Source of the DNA: an uncultured Nitrososphaerota archaeon
GTDB taxonomy: Archaea > Korarchaeota > Korarchaeia > Korarchaeales > Korarchaeaceae
Assembly (NCBI GenBank): GCA_964618805.1
Contig: CAZUBM010000001.1
Coordinates: 32,001 to 96,000 of the forward strand
Direction of reading: 5' to 3'
DNA: 64,000 bases
Shown: positions 30,171 to 40,528 of the stretch, piece by piece
How positions within the stretch are numbered: position 1 is the stretch's first letter
How the letters are laid out: every line of letters begins with the position of its first letter
Notes under the pieces: generated by a model
Database searches by the model: none
What the model was told of the DNA's origin: nothing
The model's input: the letters and a program-made list of their open reading frames with translations, nothing else
Made by a program: the position numbers and the translations under genes

Positions 30171-31272
30171 ATGATCCCCCTTTTGAGAAGAGTTCTTTCA
30201 TCTTCATATAAAGCATTTCTAGTTGTCTGTTAGCAATCTTCTCCTGCCAAGGCTCTAGGGCCTCTGGAATTGCCTTTATAGACTCAATAATGTTGGCCGT
30301 CTTCTTTAAATGACCCAATATGTTACCACTAGTCCACTTTTTTCCATCCCAAAGTTTTTCCTGCCTTTCTGAGAAATCTCCTGGCTGATCTAAGCCTGGA
30401 ACATACATAGGAACCATAGATTTCAAGGTTTCTTTGGCTATAATGCATCCAAGCCTCTTTAGTTGCTTCTTTGCCCTCCATAAACTTTCATCTACTCCAT
30501 ATAACACCATGTCATAGTTGTTATAGGCCAAAGTAGTGAGATCAACTAAGGCAAATGCAACTATCCTATCGATTTCAAAAGAAGCAGCAACCTTCTTTAT
30601 CCTTAGAAGGCCCTTACCTGAAATGAATCCATAGAGTACCAGCTCCTTTATCCTAGAATCTAGTTCCTCGCATCTTTCAAAAAGGGATTTCAGGGAAACT
30701 TCTGCTGTCCTGCCAGTCGCTTCGGTGTCTGGCTTCACCACTATTATCTCCTCCTTTGGCGGAACAGAACTAAACTCCTTGTAATCAACCTTCAAGGCCA
30801 TTGATTCAGCGCCAAGATGATCTCTATAAGAAACCTTAACATAGCGAGGTCTCACGAAAGTCTGTCTTATTCTACCGACCATCTCTTCAAGAGCGCTGTG
30901 TAAGTGATATCCTGGAGCTGCCCTTAAGACGTGTAAGTGAACGATCTTGCTCGTATTTTCTTTGCTAATAGAGGTAAGCTTAAGGATGGGTCTGATAGCC
31001 TTGCGGGCACAGTTAAGGCATTTTGATGAGAGTTGGCTCCCTACGATGTGCTGATATGCAGCTATCTCTCTGGCTTCTACTGTATCAATGAGATAGGTTT
31101 CAAGGAGATCGTCGAAAAAGGGTCCTTCTTTGATCTTGTACAGAGCTAAATCCTTGGTGTCAAAGCTTAGAGATACCTTTTCTACAGACTCCGTGTCCAC
31201 ATCATTTTGTTCAATTAACCTTTCTAAGTCACAACCATTTGGTAATTCTCGGCTTATCTTAGCCCTGCCCAA
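30151..31272 (-). CDS. Hypothetical protein, divergent uracil-phosphoribosyltransferase-like fold
   Basis: HVLRAAPG resembles UPRTase PILRAG; VVKPDTEATGRT resembles the PRPP loop xDPMLATGGS; VPGLDQPGDFSER resembles PGLGDAGDR. First gene of the dcd/udp operon. Confidence 0.55.
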   Translation of the reverse strand: MGRAKISRELPNGCDLERLIEQNDVDTESVEKVSLSFDTKDLALYKIKEGPFFDDLLETYLIDTVEAREIAAYQHIVGSQLSSKCLNCARKAIRPILKLTSISKENTSKIVHLHVLRAAPGYHLHSALEEMVGRIRQTFVRPRYVKVSYRDHLGAESMALKVDYKEFSSVPPKEEIIVVKPDTEATGRTAEVSLKSLFERCEELDSRIKELVLYGFISGKGLLRIKKVAASFEIDRIVAFALVDLTTLAYNNYDMVLYGVDESLWRAKKQLKRLGCIIAKETLKSMVPMYVPGLDQPGDFSERQEKLWDGKKWTSGNILGHLKKTANIIESIKAIPEALEPWQEKIANRQLEMLYMKMKELFSKGGSYDTIRS

Positions 31273-31317
31273 TCTTAACAGGGAGGATTATAAACTTTGT
31301 TAGGCCTAATACAAAAA

Positions 31318-31602
31318 TCAGCGATATCTGATGCTAAATTCCCCAAATTCTCCTTTGTAAGGCTCCCAATGCACTTCAACATGGTCAACTCTCGCGAGAG
31401 GAGGCCCTGACTTACACCACTCTATGATCTTATCTACGGCCTCTTTATCGCCTTCAAAAATAGCCTCCACCCTGCCATCTAATAAGTTCCTGACCCAACC
31501 TTTTATTCCAAGCCGATCTGCTACCCTCTTAGTGTTAGCCCTGAAAAATACCCCTTGAACTATTCCTGAGACAAATACATGTGCCCTGACCTTCTCTCCC
31601 AT
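31318..31602 (-). CDS. acyP: Acylphosphatase
   Basis: VSGIVQGVFFR and GWVRNLLDGRVE. Start set at ATG 31602, preceded by GAGGTG. Confidence 0.94.
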   Translation of the reverse strand: MGEKVRAHVFVSGIVQGVFFRANTKRVADRLGIKGWVRNLLDGRVEAIFEGDKEAVDKIIEWCKSGPPLARVDHVEVHWEPYKGEFGEFSIRYR

Positions 31603-31603
31603 A

Positions 31604-32575
31604 CTAACCACCTCTGCAAAGGAAATCGATTGTTGGTGATATGGCTCCATGCTTTAACTTTTTCGCAAACTCATGAGCCAAGATTAATGGCTTTGGTTGT
31701 TTATATGGACCCCAGAATCTTTTTACTAAGGACTTAGAGCTCTCAAAAGATACTAGATGTCCCGGGGATACAAACACAGGACTTCGTCCCCTTCTCCTAA
31801 CTACATGACCGACATTCTCCCCTCTGTACACAACTACTCCATCGACTATCTTTCCAACCAAGATGGATTTAGCTACTCCTATAGTTGGCCTACCAAGAAC
31901 CAATCCAGCATGACAAGCCTCACCGATTTTTTCTGGATGGGCTATTCCGTGTCCGTCTAAAAGGAGAATGTCAAATTCCATTTCCTTTGTTGCTGCCGCA
32001 ATAAAAGGCATCTCTCTGAATGCCAAGTAGGTTGGTACATATGGGAACATTGTTTCCATTCTGATCGTCTTAACTTTGACGACAGCTAAGTTTGAGTCCA
32101 CCACAACGCAAGCAGCGTGTCCAATCTCCAATTCTCCATTCCAATTATAGGCTACATCCACTCCAGCAGCTAGATCAATCCTATCTAATCGATCTTCTAG
32201 AATAACTAGATTTTTCAGTTTTTTCTGTGCAAGCCTCATCCTTAGTAAAATCGGAGGAACTCTAATTTCATTGGCCTTAACCAAGAAACTATCCAAATTG
32301 CAGACTTTATTGAATCTAATGGGAATTCCTTCCGATAGCAATAACTTGCGTTTTTGTTCAGCTTCTCTGCCCAAAGAACCGTCAGAAGCGACAAAACGAT
32401 GCCATGGTCCTCCTCTTCTCTTTAAGTTTCTATGAATGCTAATTGCTACAGCTCTTGCAGCTCTCACATCTCCGAGAGCTTTTGCAACTTCGCCGAAAGT
32501 AGTTACCTTCCCTCTGGGTATCTGTCCTGCAGCTTCGAAAATGAGTTTGTCAAAAATAGTTGGCGTTTGTATCAC
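31604..32575 (-). CDS. nfi: Alkyltransferase-like (ATL) domain fused to endonuclease V
   Basis: N-terminus IPRGKVTTFGEVAKALG...RAV...PWHR; C-terminus GVDVAY, FPYVPTYLAFRE, DGHGIAHP, TIGVAKS, VSPGH. Confidence 0.92.
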   Translation of the reverse strand: MIQTPTIFDKLIFEAAGQIPRGKVTTFGEVAKALGDVRAARAVAISIHRNLKRRGGPWHRFVASDGSLGREAEQKRKLLLSEGIPIRFNKVCNLDSFLVKANEIRVPPILLRMRLAQKKLKNLVILEDRLDRIDLAAGVDVAYNWNGELEIGHAACVVVDSNLAVVKVKTIRMETMFPYVPTYLAFREMPFIAAATKEMEFDILLLDGHGIAHPEKIGEACHAGLVLGRPTIGVAKSILVGKIVDGVVVYRGENVGHVVRRRGRSPVFVSPGHLVSFESSKSLVKRFWGPYKQPKPLILAHEFAKKLKHGAISPTIDFLCRGG

Positions 32576-32611
32576 CTCTTAAGAAAAGGTTGATATTGAG
32601 CAATTGTCTTA

Positions 32612-34477
32612 GTGATATGCACATTGGGTATCATGAAATACTTTCCATATAAGGCAAGAGAAGGACAAGAAGAACTCATAGAACTCGTCCGAGAGGCCAC
32701 AAAAAGGGGTAAAAATGTCTGTATTCATGCTCCAACAGGCTTTGGAAAGACTCCAGCTGTATTGGCAGCTTTGTTACCAATTTATCTCAGAGAGAAGAGG
32801 AGAGGGGGAATAATTTGGGCAGTTAGAACAGGAAACGAGACCGATAGGCCAATAGAAGAGCTTAGAGTAATCTGCGAACATGTAAATGAGAGCATATTTG
32901 GTATTTCCTTTAGAGGAAAGGCAGATATGTGTCTCCAGGCTAAAGAGCTCGAAATCAAAGGATACGAAGCTGTATCCAACCTCTGTAAGCTGAAAAAACG
33001 GGAATGTCCCTTCTACAAAAGGACAAAATTAAGGGAGGAAATGCTTGAAATGGGTCCGCTCCTGTTTACGGATGTCCTTGAACTAGCATCGTCAGAAAAC
33101 ATGTGTCCTTATTATCTACAGCTCGAACTTCTAAAGTTTGCTAAGGTAGTGAGCCTAAGTTATAATTATGTGCTCAGCCCTATGGGATGGATTGTCAGGA
33201 GAAGATTTCCCTTTACCTTTTCAACGCTGGTTGTGGATGAGGCCCATAATCTTGTTGATGCGGTGAGAAATCTGTACTCTGATAGAATAAGCACCGAAAC
33301 TGTTAGAAGGGCCATAAGAGAGCTTGATGAATTAGGAAGGTTCGTCTCCGAAAAAGTAAAGGGTGTCCTTGAAAGGCTATCTGAAGTTTTAGAAGGTTTC
33401 TCTCTTTCTACAGAAGAAGAAAGTACGTTTCAACCCTTAGACTTAATGAGAGACTCAGGGATTAAAACCGAGCACATAAAACTCATGCTTAGCTTGGGTT
33501 CGAAGATCCAAGCTAAAAGGGTCGAGGAAGGCAAGGTTCCTAGGTCCTCCCTTCATCATCTCGCAAGGTTCTTTGTTCTCGCGTTAGATAGGTTGGGAAC
33601 TAATGGAATTGCTTATTTAGCCACGAGAGAGAGGAACAGGCTCTATCTAGAGGTTTGGGATATGAGAAGCGCAGAACTCCTGTCAGGAGTGTGGGGAGAG
33701 TTCAGAAATTGCATCTTTATGTCTGGAACTCTAGCACCTCTTGAGGCCTTTGCAGAGACGTCTGGAGTACAGAACTGTATCGGCAGGGTATTTCCATCAC
33801 CTGCAGATCTTAACAAGATAAAAAGCTTTATTCTAACTGGATTATCCACTAAAGGGGAAATACTTGATGAAGAAAACACAGAGAAGTATGCTCTCGCTAT
33901 AAGAGTATTTCTAGAGAGAGTGAAGGGAAACATAGCGATCTTTACGGCGAGCTACAGAATTCAGAACGATTTGATGCCTTATATATTAGATTCTGTGCTA
34001 GATTGTGATAGAGAGCTTTTTGTGGAAAAAGAAGGCATGAAAGGTGAGGAAGCTAGGAATTTGCTCTTAAGTTTTAAGAGCGCCGGTGGGAAAGGAGTTT
34101 TAGTAGCACCAGTAAGAGGACGATTTGCCGAGGGAGCAGACTTTCCAGGAGAAGAGCTGGTTGGAGCCTTTATAGCTGGAGTCCCTTTTGCAAGGCTTAC
34201 GCTTAGAACAAAACTAGATGTGGAGTACAACCAGAAGATCTATGGACAGAGGAAAGGGATGTACTATGCATACATAGTACCTGCTATGAGAATGGCATCT
34301 CAAGCTTTAGGTAGGGTGATAAGGTCTTCTGAGGATTATGGTACCTTTATCTTAGGTGATGAAAGGTTCTTGAGACCAGAACTCATGAAGTTGCTCCCAG
34401 ATTTCATAAGACAGACAGCCAAAGTTGTGAACTACCTTAAATTTTCAGAAGTTCTTGAATCTGAATTCAGCACGTAA
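32612..34477 (+). CDS. xpd: XPD/Rad3-family Fe-S DNA helicase
   Basis: APTGFGKT, four Fe-S Cys including CPFY and CPYY, DEAHN, SGTL, EGADF, QALGRVIRS. Confidence 0.93.
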   Translation: MICTLGIMKYFPYKAREGQEELIELVREATKRGKNVCIHAPTGFGKTPAVLAALLPIYLREKRRGGIIWAVRTGNETDRPIEELRVICEHVNESIFGISFRGKADMCLQAKELEIKGYEAVSNLCKLKKRECPFYKRTKLREEMLEMGPLLFTDVLELASSENMCPYYLQLELLKFAKVVSLSYNYVLSPMGWIVRRRFPFTFSTLVVDEAHNLVDAVRNLYSDRISTETVRRAIRELDELGRFVSEKVKGVLERLSEVLEGFSLSTEEESTFQPLDLMRDSGIKTEHIKLMLSLGSKIQAKRVEEGKVPRSSLHHLARFFVLALDRLGTNGIAYLATRERNRLYLEVWDMRSAELLSGVWGEFRNCIFMSGTLAPLEAFAETSGVQNCIGRVFPSPADLNKIKSFILTGLSTKGEILDEENTEKYALAIRVFLERVKGNIAIFTASYRIQNDLMPYILDSVLDCDRELFVEKEGMKGEEARNLLLSFKSAGGKGVLVAPVRGRFAEGADFPGEELVGAFIAGVPFARLTLRTKLDVEYNQKIYGQRKGMYYAYIVPAMRMASQALGRVIRSSEDYGTFILGDERFLRPELMKLLPDFIRQTAKVVNYLKFSEVLESEFST

Positions 34478-34817
34478 GATGCAATGCCGCAGAGACGATC
34501 TGTTTTTCTGATAACTCATTAAATGTTTTACAAGCTTTGGCGGTTCTTTCTATGATTGTTTTTATTCCCTTTCCTTCCAAGAACTTTATTGTCTTCTCAG
34601 GAACTCTCATAAGACCAGAATATCCTGTACCAATAACTAAAACTGCTGGAGGATCGTTCAATATAATCTCTAAATCATCAGGTACCAAGTTGTGGCCCTC
34701 CTTTCTCCACCAATTTGCATAAACTTTTCCTCTATGTATTATAACGTCTTTTGTGTACTCACAACCGCTTATCTTTATCCTTCCAAATTCATACTCTTCT
34801 ATAATAGGCCTAATCAT
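34467..34817 (-). CDS. Mth938-like (DUF498) protein
   Basis: YEFGRIKI, LVIGTGYSG, ACKTFNEL, C-terminal AALHLTC. Confidence 0.88.
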   Translation of the reverse strand: MIRPIIEEYEFGRIKISGCEYTKDVIIHRGKVYANWWRKEGHNLVPDDLEIILNDPPAVLVIGTGYSGLMRVPEKTIKFLEGKGIKTIIERTAKACKTFNELSEKQIVSAALHLTC

Positions 34818-34900
34818 TTCTTGATGCCTATTTTGCTAGTAAGCAATAAAGATAAATAAATTAGTTCGACACTTGTTTCTTAGGAAGGAGCGGTCTATAC

Positions 34901-35533
34901 ATGCAGATACCGTTGGTCTCCCAATTAAGGGAGATAATTCATCGAATTGCTGGCACACTAGAGAGGTTCCGTAGTTATGTTGAAATGTGGAGAGCTGAAG
35001 GGATAATCCGCAGGTACATGGGGGCTAATGCTTTCGATGGGGCCATGACTACACTTGGAATTCTCATAGGTGCATATATTACTGGAAGTCTAGATCCTGC
35101 CATAATTGTTGGGATAACTATCAGCACGGGAATAGCTCTAGGAACCTCTGGTATCTTTGCTGTATACTTGATAGAATCTGCAGAGAGGCAGAAGAGGCTA
35201 GAGGAGCTGGAATCAGCTGTTCTAATTGATCTTCAGGACACTTTATTGGCAAAAGCTAGTAAGTTCGTTTCATCCCTCACCGCCTTTGTGGATGGGATTG
35301 CTCCGGTCATTGTAGCGTTAATAGGTATTTCGCCATTCTTAATATGCTTAAAGAAGCCTTATCCTGTCGAGTATGCTGCCTTTTTCTCTTTAATAATAAT
35401 CTTTGCTACATTATTTGGTCTTGGCTACATGATAGGGGCAGGCAACTTGAGACAACGGTCGATATATGGTGTAAAGATGCTTATAGCAGGCATCATTGCA
35501 ACCATCCTTTCAATTCTGTTAAAACAGGCATAA
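34901..35533 (+). CDS. VIT1/CCC1-like membrane protein
   Basis: RRYMGANAFDGAMTTLG and YLIESAER; about five transmembrane segments. Confidence 0.75.
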   Translation: MQIPLVSQLREIIHRIAGTLERFRSYVEMWRAEGIIRRYMGANAFDGAMTTLGILIGAYITGSLDPAIIVGITISTGIALGTSGIFAVYLIESAERQKRLEELESAVLIDLQDTLLAKASKFVSSLTAFVDGIAPVIVALIGISPFLICLKKPYPVEYAAFFSLIIIFATLFGLGYMIGAGNLRQRSIYGVKMLIAGIIATILSILLKQA

Positions 35534-35596
35534 GCAGCTTTAACCTCTCATGACAAAAAATCAGCATCATTTTTAACTAACTTTTTTGAAAGCTTC

Positions 35597-36808
35597 TTGA
35601 TAGCCTTGCAACGCAAGTTCTACGTAGTTACGGAAGATGAGATAAAAGAGGGAAAGGTAGTTGATATCTATTTTCTAAGAACATTGAAAACTATGAAGAA
35701 ACTTGGAATAAGCAAGAAAAGAGTGGTAGCAGAGATAGCAGCAAGGTCCCTTCCTAAGTCTAGAATACCACCCCACGATCCTTGGAAATGGGGCATTCTT
35801 GCTGGCGTCGAGGAAGTTGTGAAGCTTCTTGAGGGAAAAGATGTTGACCTTTATTCTCTCCCAGACGGAAGCCTTTTTCACCCAAAAATCCCGGTTATGA
35901 GGATAGAGGGTCCTTATGAGGAATTTGGAGCTTTAGAGACTAGTATACTCGGATTTCTATGTTCCTTATCTGGTGTGGCCAGCGCAGCTGCACATGTAAA
36001 GATCGCGGCAGGTGGAAAACCAGTAATCAATTTTGGGATAAGAAGAAACCACCCTGCAATTTCCTTGGCGATAGAAAGGGCTAGCATAGTTGGAGGATGC
36101 GATGGCTGTTCAGGGATCTTGGTTAAAGAATTAGGATTCACACCTGTTGGGACTATGCCCCATGCACTAATGGTAATAGCTGGTGATCAGGTTACTGCTT
36201 GGAAAGCCTTCGATGAGGCCATGCCAGAAGAAGTTCCAAGAATAGCCTTAGTGGATACCTTCTACGACGAAAAAACTGAAGCTATAATGGCAGCAGAGGC
36301 CCTAAAGGGAAAGCTAGCAGGTGTTAGACTGGACACTCCCAAATCAAGAAGGGGGGATATGGAGGAGATAATAAGGGAGGTAAGGTGGGAACTTGATCTG
36401 AGAGGCTATAAGAACGTCAAAATATTCCTGTCTGGAGGTCTAGATGAGTACAGTGTCCTAAGATATGCAAAAGCCGGTGCTGATGCTTTTGGAGTTGGTA
36501 CAAGAATAACTGGGGCCGATCCCATAGATTTCGGAATGGATGTCGTTGAAGTTGAGGGTAATCCTATTGCTAAGAGAGGTATATGTTCTGGAAGTAAGGA
36601 TCTCTTCAGGTGTCCTGAGTGTTTAACCTATTCAATCACACCAAAGGGCGAGCAGGCTCCAGTTTGCAATAGGTGCGGGATTAAGATGAAGCCAGCGTAT
36701 GTTAAGATGCTTGAAAAAGGAAAAGTGCTGGTTGATTTTGAGGCAGTCTCAAAGCTAAGGGAGAGGACTCTCTCCCAGTTGAGAAAGCTTGGGCTGTTGA
36801 AATCTTAA
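35597..36808 (+). CDS. pncB: Nicotinate phosphoribosyltransferase
   Basis: DIYFLRT, FGIRRNHP, GTMPHA, LVDTF, GVRLDTP, SGGLDE, FGVGT; C-terminal Zn-ribbon. Confidence 0.92.
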   Translation: MIALQRKFYVVTEDEIKEGKVVDIYFLRTLKTMKKLGISKKRVVAEIAARSLPKSRIPPHDPWKWGILAGVEEVVKLLEGKDVDLYSLPDGSLFHPKIPVMRIEGPYEEFGALETSILGFLCSLSGVASAAAHVKIAAGGKPVINFGIRRNHPAISLAIERASIVGGCDGCSGILVKELGFTPVGTMPHALMVIAGDQVTAWKAFDEAMPEEVPRIALVDTFYDEKTEAIMAAEALKGKLAGVRLDTPKSRRGDMEEIIREVRWELDLRGYKNVKIFLSGGLDEYSVLRYAKAGADAFGVGTRITGADPIDFGMDVVEVEGNPIAKRGICSGSKDLFRCPECLTYSITPKGEQAPVCNRCGIKMKPAYVKMLEKGKVLVDFEAVSKLRERTLSQLRKLGLLKS

Positions 36809-36859
36809 AAACAACCTATAAATATTAAGGAAACGGACCTGACACTCATAGGGTTAGGT

Positions 36860-38704
36860 ATGATAGAGATTCGAATTTCGAAGATTGTCGCCTTAATCTC
36901 TATAATTTCAATTCTGCTAACTTTATCGATTCCCATAGTAGGAACTGCGATAAGTGCAACGCCAGACTCGGTCTTACCATTCCCAGATTATCATACAGAT
37001 CCCTTAAACGGCATCTTATATCCTCGCTTAGGAACTCCTGCATTTGTGATCTATAATGGGGAAATGGATATCTACGCGAAAAAGGAACTTATCGGTTCTG
37101 AGCCAAGCGTATACCTCAGATCGCTTTTCACAGAAGGCTATGAGTATGCCTTGGAAGTCGCTGCTACCGAGGATGTTGGGGAAGGAGTGCTTAAGATAAC
37201 TGTGAAAGTGCCAGAAGGGATCCCAGAAGGTCTTTTCAATCTAACTGTCAAGAGCTGGAGTATTGAATTGACAGAACCTAACGCAGTGTACGTCTTTGGT
37301 CAAAAATATCCAGAAAAATTGAATGTAATCCACATAACAGACACTCATTATGGAGTAAGGAGGAAGGCAAAACTTCTAAAGAATCAAGAACTGTTCAGAC
37401 AACTCATCGCTCTAGTAAACGGTCTAAGACCTGATATAATGGTTCATACAGGAGATCTTATCGATGGAATTGTGAAAGCAGATGAAGAAGATCCATTCAA
37501 GAGCATGTATCAAGACCTAGTCAGGTTAAGGGTTCCTCTAATAGTGGTACAGGGTAACAACGATAATACTGCAGTTGAGAAGGGATCTTACTTCTGGGAG
37601 AAGTACTTTGGTCCCCTTTATGGGGTTGTTAAGTTTGGAAACTACAGTTTCTTCCTTTTAGATGCCGATACTGGAAGAGTTCAGCCAGAACAGATCTCTT
37701 GGCTCGATAAGAGGATTAAACTGTACAAAGATGTGCCGGTTAAAGTCCTAATGATACACTATCCATATCACGCAGAGGAACTGGGATACTTCCACAAGGA
37801 AAAGGGTTTTGTAAGCATAGTTCCCAACATAACTAACTGGCTGAAGAGCTACAAGTTTAGTCTTGTACTAATGGGTCACTGGCACGTCGATAACATCACA
37901 AGACCTCCCCAAGTACCAGCTTTGAGCATCGTAAGCAATGCGGGGCAATACGATGACGTGGATGATTATGGTCATTATAGACCAATGACAATATGGGCTG
38001 ATGGAAGTGTTAATTTCATAAATCCAGCTCCGTCCATAGCAACGTTGTCTGTAAAGTACTTGCAGAGCTATGATGGATCGACGACAGGAGTCTCTGTGAT
38101 TGCGACTAATAAGGGGACCAGCGAAGTAAACCTGATCCTTCCAGTAGTCTTATCGAAGTACCGGGAGAGCCCTAGTATCGAAAACGCTGAGATCTTACGT
38201 TCTTATAGTCACAAAGGCAAGGGAATATACGAATTAGGGGTTTCAGTATCTCCAGGCGAGGAACTACTCGTTAAAATATACGTTGAGAAGGATACAAGAG
38301 CTCCTAGCATAGTTATAGAGCCAGAGTTGAAAGATGAGATAATAACTCTCTGGTACGAGGCTGTAGATGAAGGATTAGGAGTTAAAGAGGTCAGACTCTT
38401 TTATTCTTCAAATAACAAGACATGGACGGAGATTAAGCCTGAGTTTGAGGCAGGATATCCTCTGTATAGATTTAAAGCAACTGCTGGAACGATGTATTAT
38501 AAGGCATTGGTTGAGGATGTAGCGGGAAACAAAGCTGAGACTTATGGGACCATAGAGATTCCTTCTTTAAAACCTACTGAAACTGCCACACCTACACCTG
38601 CACCCACAAAGCCGTCAAGAGAAGGAATACCTGCATCTTACTTAGCTCTAGCCGTAGTCGGAATTGTCGTTATTATAGCTGCTATTTTGTTCAAGAGGAG
38701 GTAA
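36860..38704 (+). CDS. Secreted, C-terminally anchored calcineurin-like metallophosphoesterase
   Basis: Signal peptide; DTH, GDLID, GNND and GHWH motifs; Thr/Pro linker, transmembrane helix and KRR end. Confidence 0.85.
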   Translation: MIEIRISKIVALISIISILLTLSIPIVGTAISATPDSVLPFPDYHTDPLNGILYPRLGTPAFVIYNGEMDIYAKKELIGSEPSVYLRSLFTEGYEYALEVAATEDVGEGVLKITVKVPEGIPEGLFNLTVKSWSIELTEPNAVYVFGQKYPEKLNVIHITDTHYGVRRKAKLLKNQELFRQLIALVNGLRPDIMVHTGDLIDGIVKADEEDPFKSMYQDLVRLRVPLIVVQGNNDNTAVEKGSYFWEKYFGPLYGVVKFGNYSFFLLDADTGRVQPEQISWLDKRIKLYKDVPVKVLMIHYPYHAEELGYFHKEKGFVSIVPNITNWLKSYKFSLVLMGHWHVDNITRPPQVPALSIVSNAGQYDDVDDYGHYRPMTIWADGSVNFINPAPSIATLSVKYLQSYDGSTTGVSVIATNKGTSEVNLILPVVLSKYRESPSIENAEILRSYSHKGKGIYELGVSVSPGEELLVKIYVEKDTRAPSIVIEPELKDEIITLWYEAVDEGLGVKEVRLFYSSNNKTWTEIKPEFEAGYPLYRFKATAGTMYYKALVEDVAGNKAETYGTIEIPSLKPTETATPTPAPTKPSREGIPASYLALAVVGIVVIIAAILFKRR

Positions 38705-38706
38705 AG

Positions 38707-40443
38707 ATGCAGAAAAAGTACCTCCTTCTCTTATTTTTTCTTCTTCTTTCACCTCTCGGATTGATTGGAATAAATAAGAATGCTCAACCCGTAAACAGAA
38801 TTCTTCTACCGAGAATAGGTTTTCCGGCATTTATAGAACCAGATTCATCATTTGAAGTAGTTGTAGCTGGAAAATTTAGTGAGATAAGGGCTCAAATCGA
38901 GAACGAGTTAAGCACCTATGAACTAGTCGTGGAAAACATATCATATAATATCTCCGAAAACCTAACGTATCTCACTCTTCATGCAGGAGAAATTGAACCT
39001 GGACTATATTCTCTCATCCTAGAGGCAGAAAATGTGATAATGAAGGAACCTAATTGCGTTTCAGTTAAGGAGGATTGGAAACTGCCACTAACGGTGTTTT
39101 GGATCTCAGATACCCATTATGACAATAGAAAGGGCCAACTACATCTTGCAGCAAGATTTAGAAAGCATATATGGACCATAAATTTCTTTTCTCCGGATTT
39201 TGCAATACTTACAGGAGATGTTTGTAATAACCCGCCAGAAAGCCTATTTATTGGAGTCTATCACGAGCTTATGAACCTCCAGAGCCCAATAATCTTGATT
39301 CCTGGAAATCACGATCATAGCATAAAAGGAGATTTCTTCACCAAGTATCTAGCTCCCTCCAACACTAGCTTAAACGTCGGCCCAGTTCACATAATGTGCC
39401 TGGATACAGGACCGGGATCTCTTAGCGGGAACATAACGAAAGATCAACTAGATTGGCTTGCTGAGGATCTCGAATCAGCTTCAGAAAAACCTGTAAAGAT
39501 ATTACTAATCCATCATCCCCTTTTTACTATATGGAACACCACCGAAGTTACCGTAGAAAAGATAGTGGATATTCTAGTTAGGCACAACGTAACAATGGTT
39601 CTATCTGGACATATGCATGAAAGCTATGTGTTTGAAGAACCCATTCTGCTTATAACGAATCCAAATTCATATGGGCATGGGGTTGGGAGAGCGTTACCTG
39701 GTTTCAGGATCTTTAATATAACTCCCTCGGCTGAAATTAAATGGCTAAAGAGCCTTTATGAACCGATATATCTTGAAGAGTTTAATATACTGGTCTTCCA
39801 GGCAAACGACGGGAAAGCAAAAGGTTTCTCGGCATACTTGTATAATGGCCTGCCAATGAATATATCTGGAACGTTTAGGGTGAAGCTTGCCACTGCTGAT
39901 TTCCTAGAGGTAGAAGGAGCAATAATTAACCGGGTTAACAGGACAAGGGATGGAAAATATTTAGTCACACTTAAAGTCGAAGTTGAACCTAAACAAGAGA
40001 AGCTAGTAAAGTTGTGGTCAAAGAAGGATGCGGACCCACCATACTATGTTGAGTTAGCTAAAAGCATCATTTACGGGGCAAATGCCAATGTGATCTGGGT
40101 AAACATTACCGCTAAAGATGAAGTTCTGGGAGTTAAGAACGTAACACTAAAGTATAGCAGTGATAACAAGACTTGGAACCAAGTTCAACTACTTAGGCTT
40201 AATGAAACTCTATTTACCGGGTGCTTTCAGGTTCCAAAGAACGTTTCTATAGTCTATTATATCATAGAAGCAAAAGATGTTGAAGGAATGGTCGGTCTTA
40301 AGCGAGGAGAGATCCAATTCTTTCCAGAAAAAGTTAGAGAAGAGGAAGCACAGCCAATGTTTGGGATGCAGAGACTCATTATTGTTTTAGCATTCACCTT
40401 GATCATTCTGATCATTGTAATAGCATGGGTGAGGAGAAGATAG
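38707..40443 (+). CDS. Secreted, C-terminally anchored calcineurin-like metallophosphoesterase (paralog)
   Basis: Signal peptide; DTH, GDVCN, GNHD, HHP and GHMH motifs; many NxS/T sequons; transmembrane helix and RRR end. Confidence 0.87.
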   Translation: MQKKYLLLLFFLLLSPLGLIGINKNAQPVNRILLPRIGFPAFIEPDSSFEVVVAGKFSEIRAQIENELSTYELVVENISYNISENLTYLTLHAGEIEPGLYSLILEAENVIMKEPNCVSVKEDWKLPLTVFWISDTHYDNRKGQLHLAARFRKHIWTINFFSPDFAILTGDVCNNPPESLFIGVYHELMNLQSPIILIPGNHDHSIKGDFFTKYLAPSNTSLNVGPVHIMCLDTGPGSLSGNITKDQLDWLAEDLESASEKPVKILLIHHPLFTIWNTTEVTVEKIVDILVRHNVTMVLSGHMHESYVFEEPILLITNPNSYGHGVGRALPGFRIFNITPSAEIKWLKSLYEPIYLEEFNILVFQANDGKAKGFSAYLYNGLPMNISGTFRVKLATADFLEVEGAIINRVNRTRDGKYLVTLKVEVEPKQEKLVKLWSKKDADPPYYVELAKSIIYGANANVIWVNITAKDEVLGVKNVTLKYSSDNKTWNQVQLLRLNETLFTGCFQVPKNVSIVYYIIEAKDVEGMVGLKRGEIQFFPEKVREEEAQPMFGMQRLIIVLAFTLIILIIVIAWVRRR

Positions 40444-40528
40444 CAACCGATCGAAGTTCTATAAAAAACCCGCGAGAAGTTTTCAACCTCGTAAATTTTA
40501 ATAATAATGCGCCTAGAAATCATCTCAA

